Shown here in pieces: positions 9,497 to 17,944 of a stretch of DNA of 53,542 nucleotides. Under the pieces are notes generated by a model, which was given only the letters and a program-made list of their open reading frames with translations, had not been told where the DNA came from and did not search any database. Position 1 is the stretch's first letter. Each line of letters begins with the position of its first letter. This DNA is from a virus. The position numbers and the translations under genes were made by a program. The DNA is taken from the IMG/VR virus record IMGVR_UViG_3300045988_047700, positions 1-53,542 of that record; one strand, written 5' to 3'.

Positions 9497-10219
9497 CTAT
9501 GTAATAAGTTTTCTAGCCAGATCATTCATGTCATAGTTCCGGCCATCGAAATTATTGAATCCTTTTTTCTCTTGTCCGCTATCCTCGTACTGTCCCTCAG
9601 ACACTTTTGTGAAGTTGTTCGGGAGTACAAACCAGTCGAATGTTATCTTCCAGTTTTTCACTTTTCCTTGTAAGTACTTGCTTTTCTTCACGTTATCCAC
9701 AGCTTGCAAGACCTCATCTAAACCGTTACTTTCTAACCTCGCTTGCAAATTCTGATATCTTTTGGAACTCTTCTCTATCTTCTTTACAGGTTTTATCCCG
9801 TAGCTTTCCAAATCGTTCCAGGCTTTTATGACAGCTTCAACAGATCCATTGTCTCTTTCCGGCTTTTCTTCCTGTCTGGTCGGCTTATCTTTTTTTTCAT
9901 TCTTCTGTTCGGTCTGGTATCTTGCATAGTTATTCACCGTATATACGGTATATCGGTTTGTGGTTTTACATGTAACCTCACCTGTTTTTCTCAGATGTGA
10001 AAGTGCTGTCCTTAATTCGCTCTCAGACAACCCTGTTTCTTTTGAAAGAACGGATGTCGAAGAAACAAATGAACCTCTTTTGATCTCTTCTCCCCGAAAG
10101 CTTGCATCTTTCCAGTTGGCTTTTAGTAACATATGCAAGAATAACCGACACGTCTTTATATCTGGATACCAGTCCCATTCCAGTATTTTTCTGCTAAGTT
10201 TTATGTAATTCTCGCTCAC
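9497..10219 (-). CDS. Replisome organiser / DnaD-like replication initiator
   Basis: N-terminal YIKLSRKILEWDWY winged-helix pattern. The C-terminal ITFDWFVLPNNFTKV resembles the conserved phage C-terminus (Phg_2220_C). Confidence 0.7.
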   Translation of the reverse strand: MSENYIKLSRKILEWDWYPDIKTCRLFLHMLLKANWKDASFRGEEIKRGSFVSSTSVLSKETGLSESELRTALSHLRKTGEVTCKTTNRYTVYTVNNYARYQTEQKNEKKDKPTRQEEKPERDNGSVEAVIKAWNDLESYGIKPVKKIEKSSKRYQNLQARLESNGLDEVLQAVDNVKKSKYLQGKVKNWKITFDWFVLPNNFTKVSEGQYEDSGQEKKGFNNFDGRNYDMNDLARKLIT

Positions 10220-10587
10220 ACCTCTTCAATATCCACCTCAATTCTCGGATTTTTCTTATCAACATAGAATTCATCCGTGAATCCCACTATGTTTTTCCAT
10301 CCATCGTCCTGCAAGACTTTGGTATCTACTAATGCGTCTTGGATACACTTTCGCCCAAATGCGCTCACATTATCCAAATCCCGTCTCTTGTCCGGTTCAT
10401 ACCATCGGTAGTGCATACGTACCTTTCTTGTTATTCGCAATCTTCCGAATTGCTCATATATAGCTTGCATCACACGGGATTCATTATCTTTCTTCATATC
10501 CGCACCCTTGTACCTGTTTGTATTCATGGCACGGATATAATCATTCATGTTGTTCAGTTTCCCTTTTATGATTAGTATGTAATGCAT
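10216..10587 (-). CDS. RusA-type Holliday junction resolvase
   Basis: 123 aa. LNNMNDYIRA...RRDLDN...K.IQDAL pattern, positioned next to replication and recombination genes. Confidence 0.6.
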   Translation of the reverse strand: MHYILIIKGKLNNMNDYIRAMNTNRYKGADMKKDNESRVMQAIYEQFGRLRITRKVRMHYRWYEPDKRRDLDNVSAFGRKCIQDALVDTKVLQDDGWKNIVGFTDEFYVDKKNPRIEVDIEEV

Positions 10588-10948
10588 TGTATTCCCCCGC
10601 CATTTTCCAGCTTTTAAACGTCTGCTTCATGCACCGCCTTTTAAAAAGGCTTGCCCTCGCCCTCGAAAGTTCTGTGCCTAAATACTCTTTCAGTGCTCTT
10701 TCGTCCTCTGGATCACCCGGTATCGGCCTGAATATTCCATATCCGACATTGATGATGCAATCTCCATTGCAGTTTTCTTTCTCTATCATTTTTCGCAGTC
10801 GTCGATCAATAACAGGGTTTGCCGGGCGTTGCATGGCGTTTCTATGTCCATCCGGTATTCGGTTAAAATAGCTTTCTGCCGTCTCTCTATTCTTTCCCAA
10901 CGCTTTTCTCCTTTCTGCCGGAGTGTGGCTTCTCCGGCCGTGATACAA
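10541..10948 (-). CDS. Hypothetical protein (start uncertain)
   Basis: TTG start in the track. Overlaps both neighbours and the alternative-frame ORF 10786..11022. Core MQRPANPVIDRRLRKMIE...GDCIINVGYG. Confidence 0.4.
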   Translation of the reverse strand: MYHGRRSHTPAERRKALGKNRETAESYFNRIPDGHRNAMQRPANPVIDRRLRKMIEKENCNGDCIINVGYGIFRPIPGDPEDERALKEYLGTELSRARASLFKRRCMKQTFKSWKMAGEYNALHTNHKRETEQHE

Positions 10949-11042
10949 TATCTTGTGCTGTGCATATCGAATTGGGTGAGATGATATGCGTTAGAACCTG
11001 TTAATAGTTCCATTTTTGCCACATGAATCTATATTTATTTAG

Positions 11043-11339
11043 TTACAACCTGTTCTTTCCGAACACCTGTATGAACTCTTCTCTTGTCCCGTAGTGTTCT
11101 TCAAAATATCTCTGTGCCATCTGCTTAAGTTCTAAGTCCAACCCCCTGTTTGGGTTCCCGTGTACGCTTTCTGGTGTAAATTCATGTAAATGTGGTGCTA
11201 ACGGAATCACCAATCCGTATTCTTCCGATTTTTTTCTGTACGGACCATAGAAAATGTGGTGTCTGTGACAGTTTGGACTTCCCGTAAAGTAGCAGTGCTC
11301 CATATCGTCAGTGAATACACTTTTAAGTCTTTTCGCCAA
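11043..11339 (-). CDS. Small His/Cys-cluster protein (HNH-like?)
   Basis: CYFTGSPNCHRHHIF...HLH...VH motif cluster. The family was not identified. Confidence 0.45.
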   Translation of the reverse strand: MAKRLKSVFTDDMEHCYFTGSPNCHRHHIFYGPYRKKSEEYGLVIPLAPHLHEFTPESVHGNPNRGLDLELKQMAQRYFEEHYGTREEFIQVFGKNRL

Positions 11340-11883
11340 TCTTCACACCCCACCTTTCTTTCATTTCGCTTATCTGGTTCGGTGTCATGGTCTCTATTCC
11401 AAGTTCTTTCGCTTCGTACACAGTCCCGTCAATCAGTTTTGACATTTCATCGGTATCATAAGTATGCGACCCTCGCATTACCAGATTCACCCGAAATACT
11501 TTCCCTTTCTGATTGGTGGTTGTCCTAGATGTGGGTTGCAGATGAACAAATTCCACATTGTATGCGTCTATATCATCGTCCAACGGGAGCGGAACTAATG
11601 CATCGTTAATGGTTTCATACTGTCCGTATTCCGCTATTAGCTTATTTTTTATGTACACCTTGCTATTCCCGGTCGCATCTGCAATCTTTCCAACCAGTAC
11701 ATGAAAGTAAGAGTTTGCATCGAGACTTCTTTTTTTCTTATATGCCTTAATCGTTATTGTAATCTGCTTACCTCTAAGATTCTCAAATGCCTGTCTTGCG
11801 TCTTCATTTAGCGTCAGACTGGCTTTTTGCTTATTGGTGGCAAAATCCACCGCTAAGCTATCAAAAGTCCCTGTATAGTCCAT
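11323..11883 (-). CDS. Hypothetical protein, possibly a NinB/Orf-like recombination mediator
   Basis: RSLDANSYFHVLVGKIA resembles the NinB motif, and the gene is adjacent to ERF. Weak evidence. Confidence 0.4.
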   Translation of the reverse strand: MDYTGTFDSLAVDFATNKQKASLTLNEDARQAFENLRGKQITITIKAYKKKRSLDANSYFHVLVGKIADATGNSKVYIKNKLIAEYGQYETINDALVPLPLDDDIDAYNVEFVHLQPTSRTTTNQKGKVFRVNLVMRGSHTYDTDEMSKLIDGTVYEAKELGIETMTPNQISEMKERWGVKIGEKT

Positions 11884-12546
11884 TTACGCACCAAACATCT
11901 TTCTGGCTTCTTCTTGGTTATCCCGGAACCACCCGTACTGCTGTTGTGTCAGATCTTCAATCTTCTGTGCACTGTATCCGGCTATAGCCTTTACTTCATC
12001 AATTTTGTTTTTTTCAAATATCTTCCGAAGTTCTTTTATCTGCCCTTGCGTAATCTTTCCATCATTGGCTTTCTGTTCTTTCTTTCCACCGCTTTTTTTA
12101 TCGGCTCCCGTCTGCTTTGCATATTCGTTCGTATCCGGGTCCTTAGCATCATCCAGAAGAAACAGTGCATTCATTGCGTATTTTCTTGCATAGCTTGATG
12201 CTGATCCTGTCACTTGTGATTCATCCATCTTTGGTTTTGTCTCTGGCTCCCTTGCATATCCAGGAACAGAGATTTTTTTGCCTGTGTTGCAATCGGTAAA
12301 TACTGCAACAGCTTTTACATACACTCTTCCGGCTATCTCCGTTATCTCGTCATGTATGGTCAACAACACGTTGTACTCTCTGCTATATTTTTTAAACTCT
12401 TCCAAGATGCTTTCTGCACTTCTGTAATCGTAACCGCCAAAGTCATTATGTTTGTCTTTCGGGACATTCATTTTCGTTTGGATTTCTGAAAGCTTTTCTT
12501 CGATGTCAAGTTCTCGCTTGTCCTGTTCTTTCTTCTCTTCTGCCAT
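11884..12546 (-). CDS. ERF-family single-strand annealing protein
   Basis: FGGYDYRSAESILEEFK and GSASSYARKYAMNALFLLDD signatures. Confidence 0.8.
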   Translation of the reverse strand: MAEEKKEQDKRELDIEEKLSEIQTKMNVPKDKHNDFGGYDYRSAESILEEFKKYSREYNVLLTIHDEITEIAGRVYVKAVAVFTDCNTGKKISVPGYAREPETKPKMDESQVTGSASSYARKYAMNALFLLDDAKDPDTNEYAKQTGADKKSGGKKEQKANDGKITQGQIKELRKIFEKNKIDEVKAIAGYSAQKIEDLTQQQYGWFRDNQEEARKMFGA

Positions 12547-13463
12547 TACACATCTTTCCTTTCAAAGTAGACACCGAGAGAAGTTAATGCCATCTCAATT
12601 TCTTCCAGTTCGGCATCCGTAGCCTTAACCGTAAATACTACTGTCTTCGAATCTTCCGTGGTGAGTTCCGCTGCTTTCACTTCGTCCACCGTCTTAATCT
12701 GGTCGATGACTTTCTGTTCCGCTTCTGTCTTAAGTCTTTCCTCTTCACGGATTCTGGCACGTTCTTCTTCCCTTACTCTCTCACGCTCTATTTCAAGTTC
12801 TCGATCACGTCTTTCCTGTTCCTCTTTCTCTTTTCTCCGTAAGATTTCCGCTTTTTCCTGTTCGTAGCGGTTAATCATCTGGATAGCAAGAGCAAGGTTA
12901 TTGTTCTCCATGTACAGGTTCAACGCCTGTTCCTCTTTTTCGGACTTCATAGCCTTAATGGTTGTGATATCTTGTCTGGTCTGCATAACCTTTAAGTTTA
13001 TCTCTTCCCGGATAGATTTCATCGTGGTGGATGCATTTGTCCACTTTTCACCGTAGATTTTTTCCAACGGCATGTAGTCATGCAGTTCTTCTTCCACCAA
13101 TTCGTTGTACAGGTTCTGGATTTCTGCTTTTTTCTCTTCCACACGCTTCGCTTCAAACTCTTTCACCTGTCCGTCAATCAGTGCGATAGGTTTATCAATC
13201 ACTCCGATCAGCTCTTTCACCTTGCCCTCAAACACTTCGTAAGGCTTCATGTACTCTTTCTTCACTTCAACCTTGCGGTCGTTTACTGCCTTTCTCAGCT
13301 TTCTAAGGTCTGCCAGATCTCCTTTGGCTTTCTGCTTGTCCTCTTCTGCAAACTGCTTTGTCTCATACACTGCCATCTCTGTTTCAAGAGATTTCTTAAT
13401 GTCATCAAAGTTTCCGGTTATAACTCCCATCGTCTGATTTATGGTCAATTCCAATTTTTGCAT
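12546..13463 (-). CDS. DUF1351-like coiled-coil protein
   Basis: 305 aa, immediately upstream of ERF. Long charged coiled coil (ERRDRELEIERERVREEE). Confidence 0.5.
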   Translation of the reverse strand: MQKLELTINQTMGVITGNFDDIKKSLETEMAVYETKQFAEEDKQKAKGDLADLRKLRKAVNDRKVEVKKEYMKPYEVFEGKVKELIGVIDKPIALIDGQVKEFEAKRVEEKKAEIQNLYNELVEEELHDYMPLEKIYGEKWTNASTTMKSIREEINLKVMQTRQDITTIKAMKSEKEEQALNLYMENNNLALAIQMINRYEQEKAEILRRKEKEEQERRDRELEIERERVREEERARIREEERLKTEAEQKVIDQIKTVDEVKAAELTTEDSKTVVFTVKATDAELEEIEMALTSLGVYFERKDV

Positions 13464-13563
13464 TTCGTTTACCTCCTAAAGTTCTTTCACGATTGTTTTG
13501 CACTTGTTTTTTTCTGCCACCTTGTCTGCAAGCTTATGCACATAAGCCTTGTCCATATCTGTT

Positions 13564-13812
13564 TCATAGGCATATGCCCCGATACGGTATTCTAAGTCCG
13601 GTTTGCAGATCATCCATATCTCTGCCATCTTCTTTTCCTCCTGTGATCTCTTTCACGCATTCTTCACATAACGTCTGTCCGTCAAATGTGTATAAACTGT
13701 CACCACTGTATACAGGTCTTCCACAGCATGTGCAATATTCCTGTTTTTCTTCTTCCGGCTCCGGCGGTATGGTCTTCCAATGGTCATAGCCTTTAATGCT
13801 TTCCATCTTCAC
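13564..13812 (-). CDS. Zinc-ribbon protein
   Basis: 82 aa with CTCCGRP...CEEC. Confidence 0.4.
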   Translation of the reverse strand: MKMESIKGYDHWKTIPPEPEEEKQEYCTCCGRPVYSGDSLYTFDGQTLCEECVKEITGGKEDGRDMDDLQTGLRIPYRGICL

Positions 13813-14014
13813 CCCACCCCATCAGCTTCAAGATCATATCTCGCTCAACATAGCTGTTTTTGCAGACATATCTTTTCAGTGTGTCCAGTTGCGCTTTCAG
13901 GTAGGCATATCTGTATACTGAATTTTCGTAGTCGCTCACAATATATGCTACCGCATCCATTACGCTCTGTAAGCTATCTTTTTTCTCTTCCCCCATGTTC
14001 AAATCTCCTTTCAT
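13793..14014 (-). CDS. Hypothetical protein
   Basis: 73-aa ORF. No motif recognised. Confidence 0.4.
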   Translation of the reverse strand: MKGDLNMGEEKKDSLQSVMDAVAYIVSDYENSVYRYAYLKAQLDTLKRYVCKNSYVERDMILKLMGWGEDGKH

Positions 14015-14439
14015 GTGTTATAATTTTTTTGAATGTTTTTCTGAGTGCTTGACTGGATTTTCCATCGGCACTCTTTTTTATACACATCCGGCTATCATAA
14101 CCGCCAATGCGTATAGTGTTATCACAAGTGCTATCCTGTAGTAGTTAAGCTTGTCTTCCATGCGCTCTACCTCCTACCCGATCATAAGTGTCAGCATTGC
14201 AATGAATGTGACTAACCATAAGCAACGCCAAAAGATTAATTTTCTTTTCAACTTGCGGATGATCTCTGTTGCCATTGTCATGTGTGCTTTTCCTCCTGTT
14301 CCTCAGATTTGCGAATTACAGGAGAATGTGTTATAATAAACCTGTATTCGCTAAGTGTTCTTTAGCGGTACACCGCCCTGTCTGGTATGTCGGTACCAGC
14401 GGGGCACTTTTTACGCCCTTTTTATCGTCAGACCGATTG

Positions 14440-14770
14440 TGTCTGACATATATCTATATTCTTTTTATTCTTATTCTTCTTTATATTCTTCTATTGTTGT
14501 CAACTGGCTTGCGAATTGATTGTTAATTGATTGTTATGTGGCTTGCTAACCGTTTTCACTTGACAAGCAGTTTTGCCTTATTTTTCAAGGGTTTTAGCTT
14601 GTCATTTGCTTGTCAACTGGCTTGTCAAAATTTTCGATTTTTTGAAAATTTCTTTAATTTTGGCTTGTCAATTGATTGTTATCTGAGTGTCGTTTGGCTT
14701 GCGACCAGTTGCCGTTTTGCCCTTATTTTTCAAGGGTTGTGGCTTGCTAAGTGGCTTGCGATTTGACCAA
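14440..14770. repeat. Iteron array with an AT-rich flank (putative origin of replication)
   Basis: Seven exact GGCTTG cores lie in one orientation (14506, 14540, 14619, 14662, 14696, 14741, 14753). They fall into sub-families GGCTTGCGA, GGCTTGCTAA and GCTTGTCAA. There is one inverted copy (14560..14568), ATTGATTGTTA x3, and a ~32-bp duplication (14570..14601 vs 14714..14746). An AT-rich stretch lies at 14450..14500. Confidence 0.6.
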
Positions 14771-14835
14771 AAATCAACTGCTATTTTCGCATTTACCTTT
14801 TTCAATAATTTGAATACATTGAAAAATAAATATTT

Positions 14836-15507
14836 TTAAGCTTTTTTACTGCCTTTCGTACCTGTTTTTTTCACCTTTTTATGTACGTTATTACCGCCAA
14901 TGATGTTCCCGTTTTTGTCCAGTTCGTCCCAAACATAGCGCCCTTTACCTGAGTTTCGCCACTGTGAAAAACCTCTCAATTCTCCGTAGTCAAGCCATTC
15001 TTTTATGAGTTTTACATGACTGTCTACCATGCACTGAACTGTAAATTCCATTGTTGTGCCAACCGGAACGGTCTCTGAACATGCAAGGGATATTCTTTCT
15101 CCCTGTGGTGTGTTTGCCCGGAGCGGTCTCTGACACGTTCCCATATCCCCGTCAAAAATCAGAGGTATTTTGCGATCTTTCACAAAAATAAGACCGTCAA
15201 TCTCCTTTTTGTACGCTTTGATTTTTGATGATTCACTACCTTTAACCTTACGGAGCATTCCGCATGAATCTTTGAACATTCCTTTTACCTGGTAGTCATA
15301 TACGAACGGCTTTCCGTCTTCGCTTTTGTGAAAAATCGTCATTGATTTCTCTTCTACTGCATCCACACCAAGTGTTGCTACTTCGTCCTCACGGGACGGT
15401 GCATCCGGTGCCTTTGATGCGATATAAGTCCGGTGAATCTCCTTATCCGCACACTGTGAACCTAATACTTCCTCAGTGAACGTTATTCTTACTTTTAATT
15501 CTTTCAT
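14836..15507 (-). CDS. Conserved early protein of unknown function
   Basis: 223 aa from ATG 15507 (AAAGGAGAAAAAG upstream), starting MKELKVRITFTEEVLG. First gene of the leftward operon. Confidence 0.6.
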   Translation of the reverse strand: MKELKVRITFTEEVLGSQCADKEIHRTYIASKAPDAPSREDEVATLGVDAVEEKSMTIFHKSEDGKPFVYDYQVKGMFKDSCGMLRKVKGSESSKIKAYKKEIDGLIFVKDRKIPLIFDGDMGTCQRPLRANTPQGERISLACSETVPVGTTMEFTVQCMVDSHVKLIKEWLDYGELRGFSQWRNSGKGRYVWDELDKNGNIIGGNNVHKKVKKTGTKGSKKA

Positions 15508-15966
15508 GATGCTTTTTCTCCTTTTCAATTTGTTTTGGTTGCTCTGCTGAGCTAAGCATTTCTGTTCCATTTCATGGCTTTTCTTCTCTGTTCCATTTCT
15601 CGTCTGCGCCCCTCCGTTCTGTGCCCTTCATCTCCTATCACCTCTATGCCCTTCCGTTTCTACGCTATTCCAACTCACATCAACTCTGCGCTGCTCCATG
15701 CTATTCCGTTTCAGAGCTTCTCTCTTCAATTCCTTATCTTTTCGTGTCTGTTCATGCTGATCTGATACTTTTCGAATCCGTGCTAAGCGTCACAAAGCCA
15801 TATCATTTCTTTTCATTTCCATCTCAGTTACATTCAGTGCTTAACATTTCAGCTCCATAGCCTTTCCGCTCTTGGCTCTTCCATTGCATGTTGTCTTTTC
15901 TTCTGGATTCTCCTATACTGTTCATACAGGCACTGCCATGCCGAGTAATTCAGAAAGGAGTATTTT

Positions 15967-16128
15967 ATGACCAGAAATCAAGATTTAATCAATAAAACAG
16001 TTGAGATTACCGTAGCCAAACTTTCAAACTCCAACGCTTCTACGAATAAAGACGGTGGAGAACGTGTTGCTGAATTCATGCAGGAAATCTACAACAAATT
16101 AGTTTACCTTAGCGAAAAGGAAAACTAA
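15967..16128 (+). CDS. Small hypothetical protein
   Basis: 53 aa (MTRNQDLINKTVEITVAKL...). GAAAGGAG lies 7 nt upstream of the ATG. Confidence 0.45.
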   Translation: MTRNQDLINKTVEITVAKLSNSNASTNKDGGERVAEFMQEIYNKLVYLSEKEN

Positions 16129-16290
16129 TTAAACTTTGCTCTGGCAGACATCAGCTCAGCCAGAGCTCTTGTCATTTCGGCCAATTCCTGGCTTTCGTAA
16201 ATAGATGCAACACGTTCTGTTTCTTTCTGCAAAAAGTCACACAGTTTTTCAATGGTGTTATCTACTTTTAAAAGTTTGTCCTGTTCCATG
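16129..16290 (-). CDS. Small helical hypothetical protein
   Basis: 53 aa (MEQDKLLKVDNTIEKLCDFLQKE...). GGGAGGTG lies upstream of ATG 16290. Confidence 0.4.
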
Positions 16291-16332
16291 TTGTCACCTC
16301 CCTGTATTCAATTGTTATGGTTCCGGCATCCA

Positions 16333-16482
16333 TTAGGTTTTTTTCGCCGGAGTGTCCGGCTTCTTTTCTGCTTCATCTGCCAGGCCCTCTATTCTTCCAA
16401 GAAGATAGCCTTTTTTAAATTCTGATAAATTCGGCAATGCCTTACTAAGCTTCTCAACTATCTTTTTCTCTTTCTCACTCAT
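16333..16482 (-). CDS. Small hypothetical protein
   Basis: 49 aa (MSEKEKKIVEKLSKALPNLSEFKKGY...). AAAGGAAG lies upstream of ATG 16482. Confidence 0.4.
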   Translation of the reverse strand: MSEKEKKIVEKLSKALPNLSEFKKGYLLGRIEGLADEAEKKPDTPAKKT

Positions 16483-16535
16483 GCGCTCACTTCCTTTCTG
16501 TGCTATACTCTCCTTTAGAAAGGAGGGATAAAAAT

Positions 16536-16808
16536 ATGGATTTCGAATTACCAGTGATGGCTACCAATCCCCCATTGCCACATTCTGTTTATGAGAAAAT
16601 GGAAAAAGAGGAAAAGTACGAAGTCATCAAAGAAATAGCTGATTCTGCAAAACTTTTAGCCGATTCTGCTGTTTCCGATGCAAAAAAATCTAAAAAGCGT
16701 GCAAATATTGCTACCTTAGTTTCCATATTGTCGTTGTTAACTGCTTTTCTGACTAATGTAGATAAGATAATAGCCAACGTACATTTCTTAATAAGTCTTT
16801 TCCGCTAA
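16536..16808 (+). CDS. C-terminally TM-anchored hypothetical protein
   Basis: ATG 16536 after AAAGGAGGG. C-terminal hydrophobic helix (IATLVSILSLLTAFL). Confidence 0.45.
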   Translation: MDFELPVMATNPPLPHSVYEKMEKEEKYEVIKEIADSAKLLADSAVSDAKKSKKRANIATLVSILSLLTAFLTNVDKIIANVHFLISLFR

Positions 16809-16881
16809 AAATAAGATTTATTAAGATTGATGCAACTCCGATGATTATTGCTACCGTTGATTGGTCTATCTTTCTTTTCAT
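16753..16881 (-). CDS. Small TM peptide
   Basis: 42 aa (MKRKIDQSTVAIIIGVASILINLIF...). GGGAGGTGA upstream. Overlaps the 3' end of the convergent ORF. Confidence 0.3.
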   Translation of the reverse strand: MKRKIDQSTVAIIIGVASILINLIFSGKDLLRNVRWLLSYLH

Positions 16882-16900
16882 CTTTGCTATCACCTCCCTG

Positions 16901-16995
16901 TTTGACTTTGTGTGATTATAATACCATACACAGTCATACTTGTCAACCTTTATTTTGTAAAAAAGTTTGACTTTGTATGACATATGTGATACTAT
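16901..16995 (+). promoter_or_regulatory. Switch-region operators and promoter of the XRE gene
   Basis: TTTGACTTTGT(G/A)TGA is a direct repeat at 16901..16915 and 16966..16980, with a partial inverted copy (TCATACTTGTCAA, near 16934..16946). TTGACT (16967..16972), 17 nt, TACTAT (16990..16995). Confidence 0.5.
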
Positions 16996-17017
16996 ACAAT
17001 TGTAAGGAGGTGATAAC

Positions 17018-17380
17018 ATGGAAAATCGTTTGAAACTTCTGCGCAAAGAGCTGAAAATGTCACAAGAGGAATTTGCTAAAAAGGTGAATTTGACAAAGAA
17101 TTACATTTCTTTGGTAGAAACTGGGAATAGATCTCTTGCAGACAGAACTGTAAAAGATATTTGCAGAATTTTTAATGTAAACGAAAATTGGTTACGTGGT
17201 GAAGATGCAGAAATGTTTTTGGAGAAATCCAAGAATGAGCAAATTGCAGATTTATTATCTGACATACTTTCAGCAGACGAAAAAAGTTTCAAAAAACAAT
17301 TGATTTCAGCTTTGGCAAAGTTGGATGACGACGGATGGGACACTCTCGAAAAAATAATTGATTCTATTCCTAGGAAATAA
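17018..17380 (+). CDS. XRE-family HTH regulator (Cro/CI-type)
   Basis: MSQEEFAKKVNLTKNYISLVETGNRSL is a canonical HTH_3 motif. AAGGAGGTG upstream. Confidence 0.8.
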   Translation: MENRLKLLRKELKMSQEEFAKKVNLTKNYISLVETGNRSLADRTVKDICRIFNVNENWLRGEDAEMFLEKSKNEQIADLLSDILSADEKSFKKQLISALAKLDDDGWDTLEKIIDSIPRK

Positions 17381-17383
17381 GAA

Positions 17384-17420
17384 AAGGACAAGGGTAATGC
17401 GCAAACCCTTGTCCTTTTCT
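17384..17420. terminator. Rho-independent terminator
   Basis: AAGGACAAGGGT / ACCCTTGTCCTT 12-bp stem followed by a T-rich tract. Confidence 0.7.
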
Positions 17421-17604
17421 TATTATCCTATAAGTTTTTCTACGATGCGATGTATGATTTTAAGCACTTCTATATCATCGCATTGATTTATAAGCTTAGT
17501 TATTCTTTCTATGTACCAATTTCTTTCTTCGTCCACATAAATCCCTCCAATATCCCGACACGTCATTCCAGTAGCGATTACTTACATTATAGAACATATG
17601 TTTG

Positions 17605-17763
17605 TTATCTGTCAATGTTTTCACTGATAGCATCTTTTACTATAAGATAGATGTACCGCATTAGGCGAGGGTCACGGATGCCTTTTATCATCCGCTTGAT
17701 TTCGTTTTCATAAGTATCAGTCCATGTTTTGTTGCTCTTGCTGTTCATTTCGTCCTTTCCCAT
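17605..17763 (-). CDS. Small hypothetical protein
   Basis: 52 aa from ATG 17763, with AGGAGGTAATC upstream. Confidence 0.4.
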   Translation of the reverse strand: MGKDEMNSKSNKTWTDTYENEIKRMIKGIRDPRLMRYIYLIVKDAISENIDR

Positions 17764-17785
17764 TAGATTACCTCCTATCAATGGC

Positions 17786-17813
17786 TTGACAAGTGCCATT
17801 TTTGTTTTATAAT
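17786..17813 (+). promoter_or_regulatory. Sigma-70-type promoter upstream of the repressor gene
   Basis: TTGACA (17786..17791), 16 nt, TATAAT (17808..17813). TTGGCTA / TAGCCAA inverted motifs lie downstream (17863..17910). Confidence 0.5.
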
Positions 17814-17944
17814 GATACATTGTAATACTTAAATAAATTATAACTCAAAACCATAGTCAAGATGTTGGCTAAAATATCGTATTTTTCTTACAAAAAAAGT
17901 GAAAAATAGCCAAGATATTAGCCTTTTCGACAGGATGTGACATA

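Noticed and set aside
10786-11022. The alternative-frame ORF 10786..11022, either as a real gene or as the N-terminus of 10541..10948 joined by a frameshift.
   Set aside because: It cannot be decided by eye. Neither start has a good RBS, and the 135-aa frame uses TTG. It is left as an uncertain start rather than called a frameshift.
14836-15507. A Cas5/Cas6-type RAMP protein, suggested by the Gly-rich loop GFSQWRNSGKGRY.
   Set aside because: A single short motif is the only evidence. No other RAMP features were recognisable, so the protein is kept as unknown.
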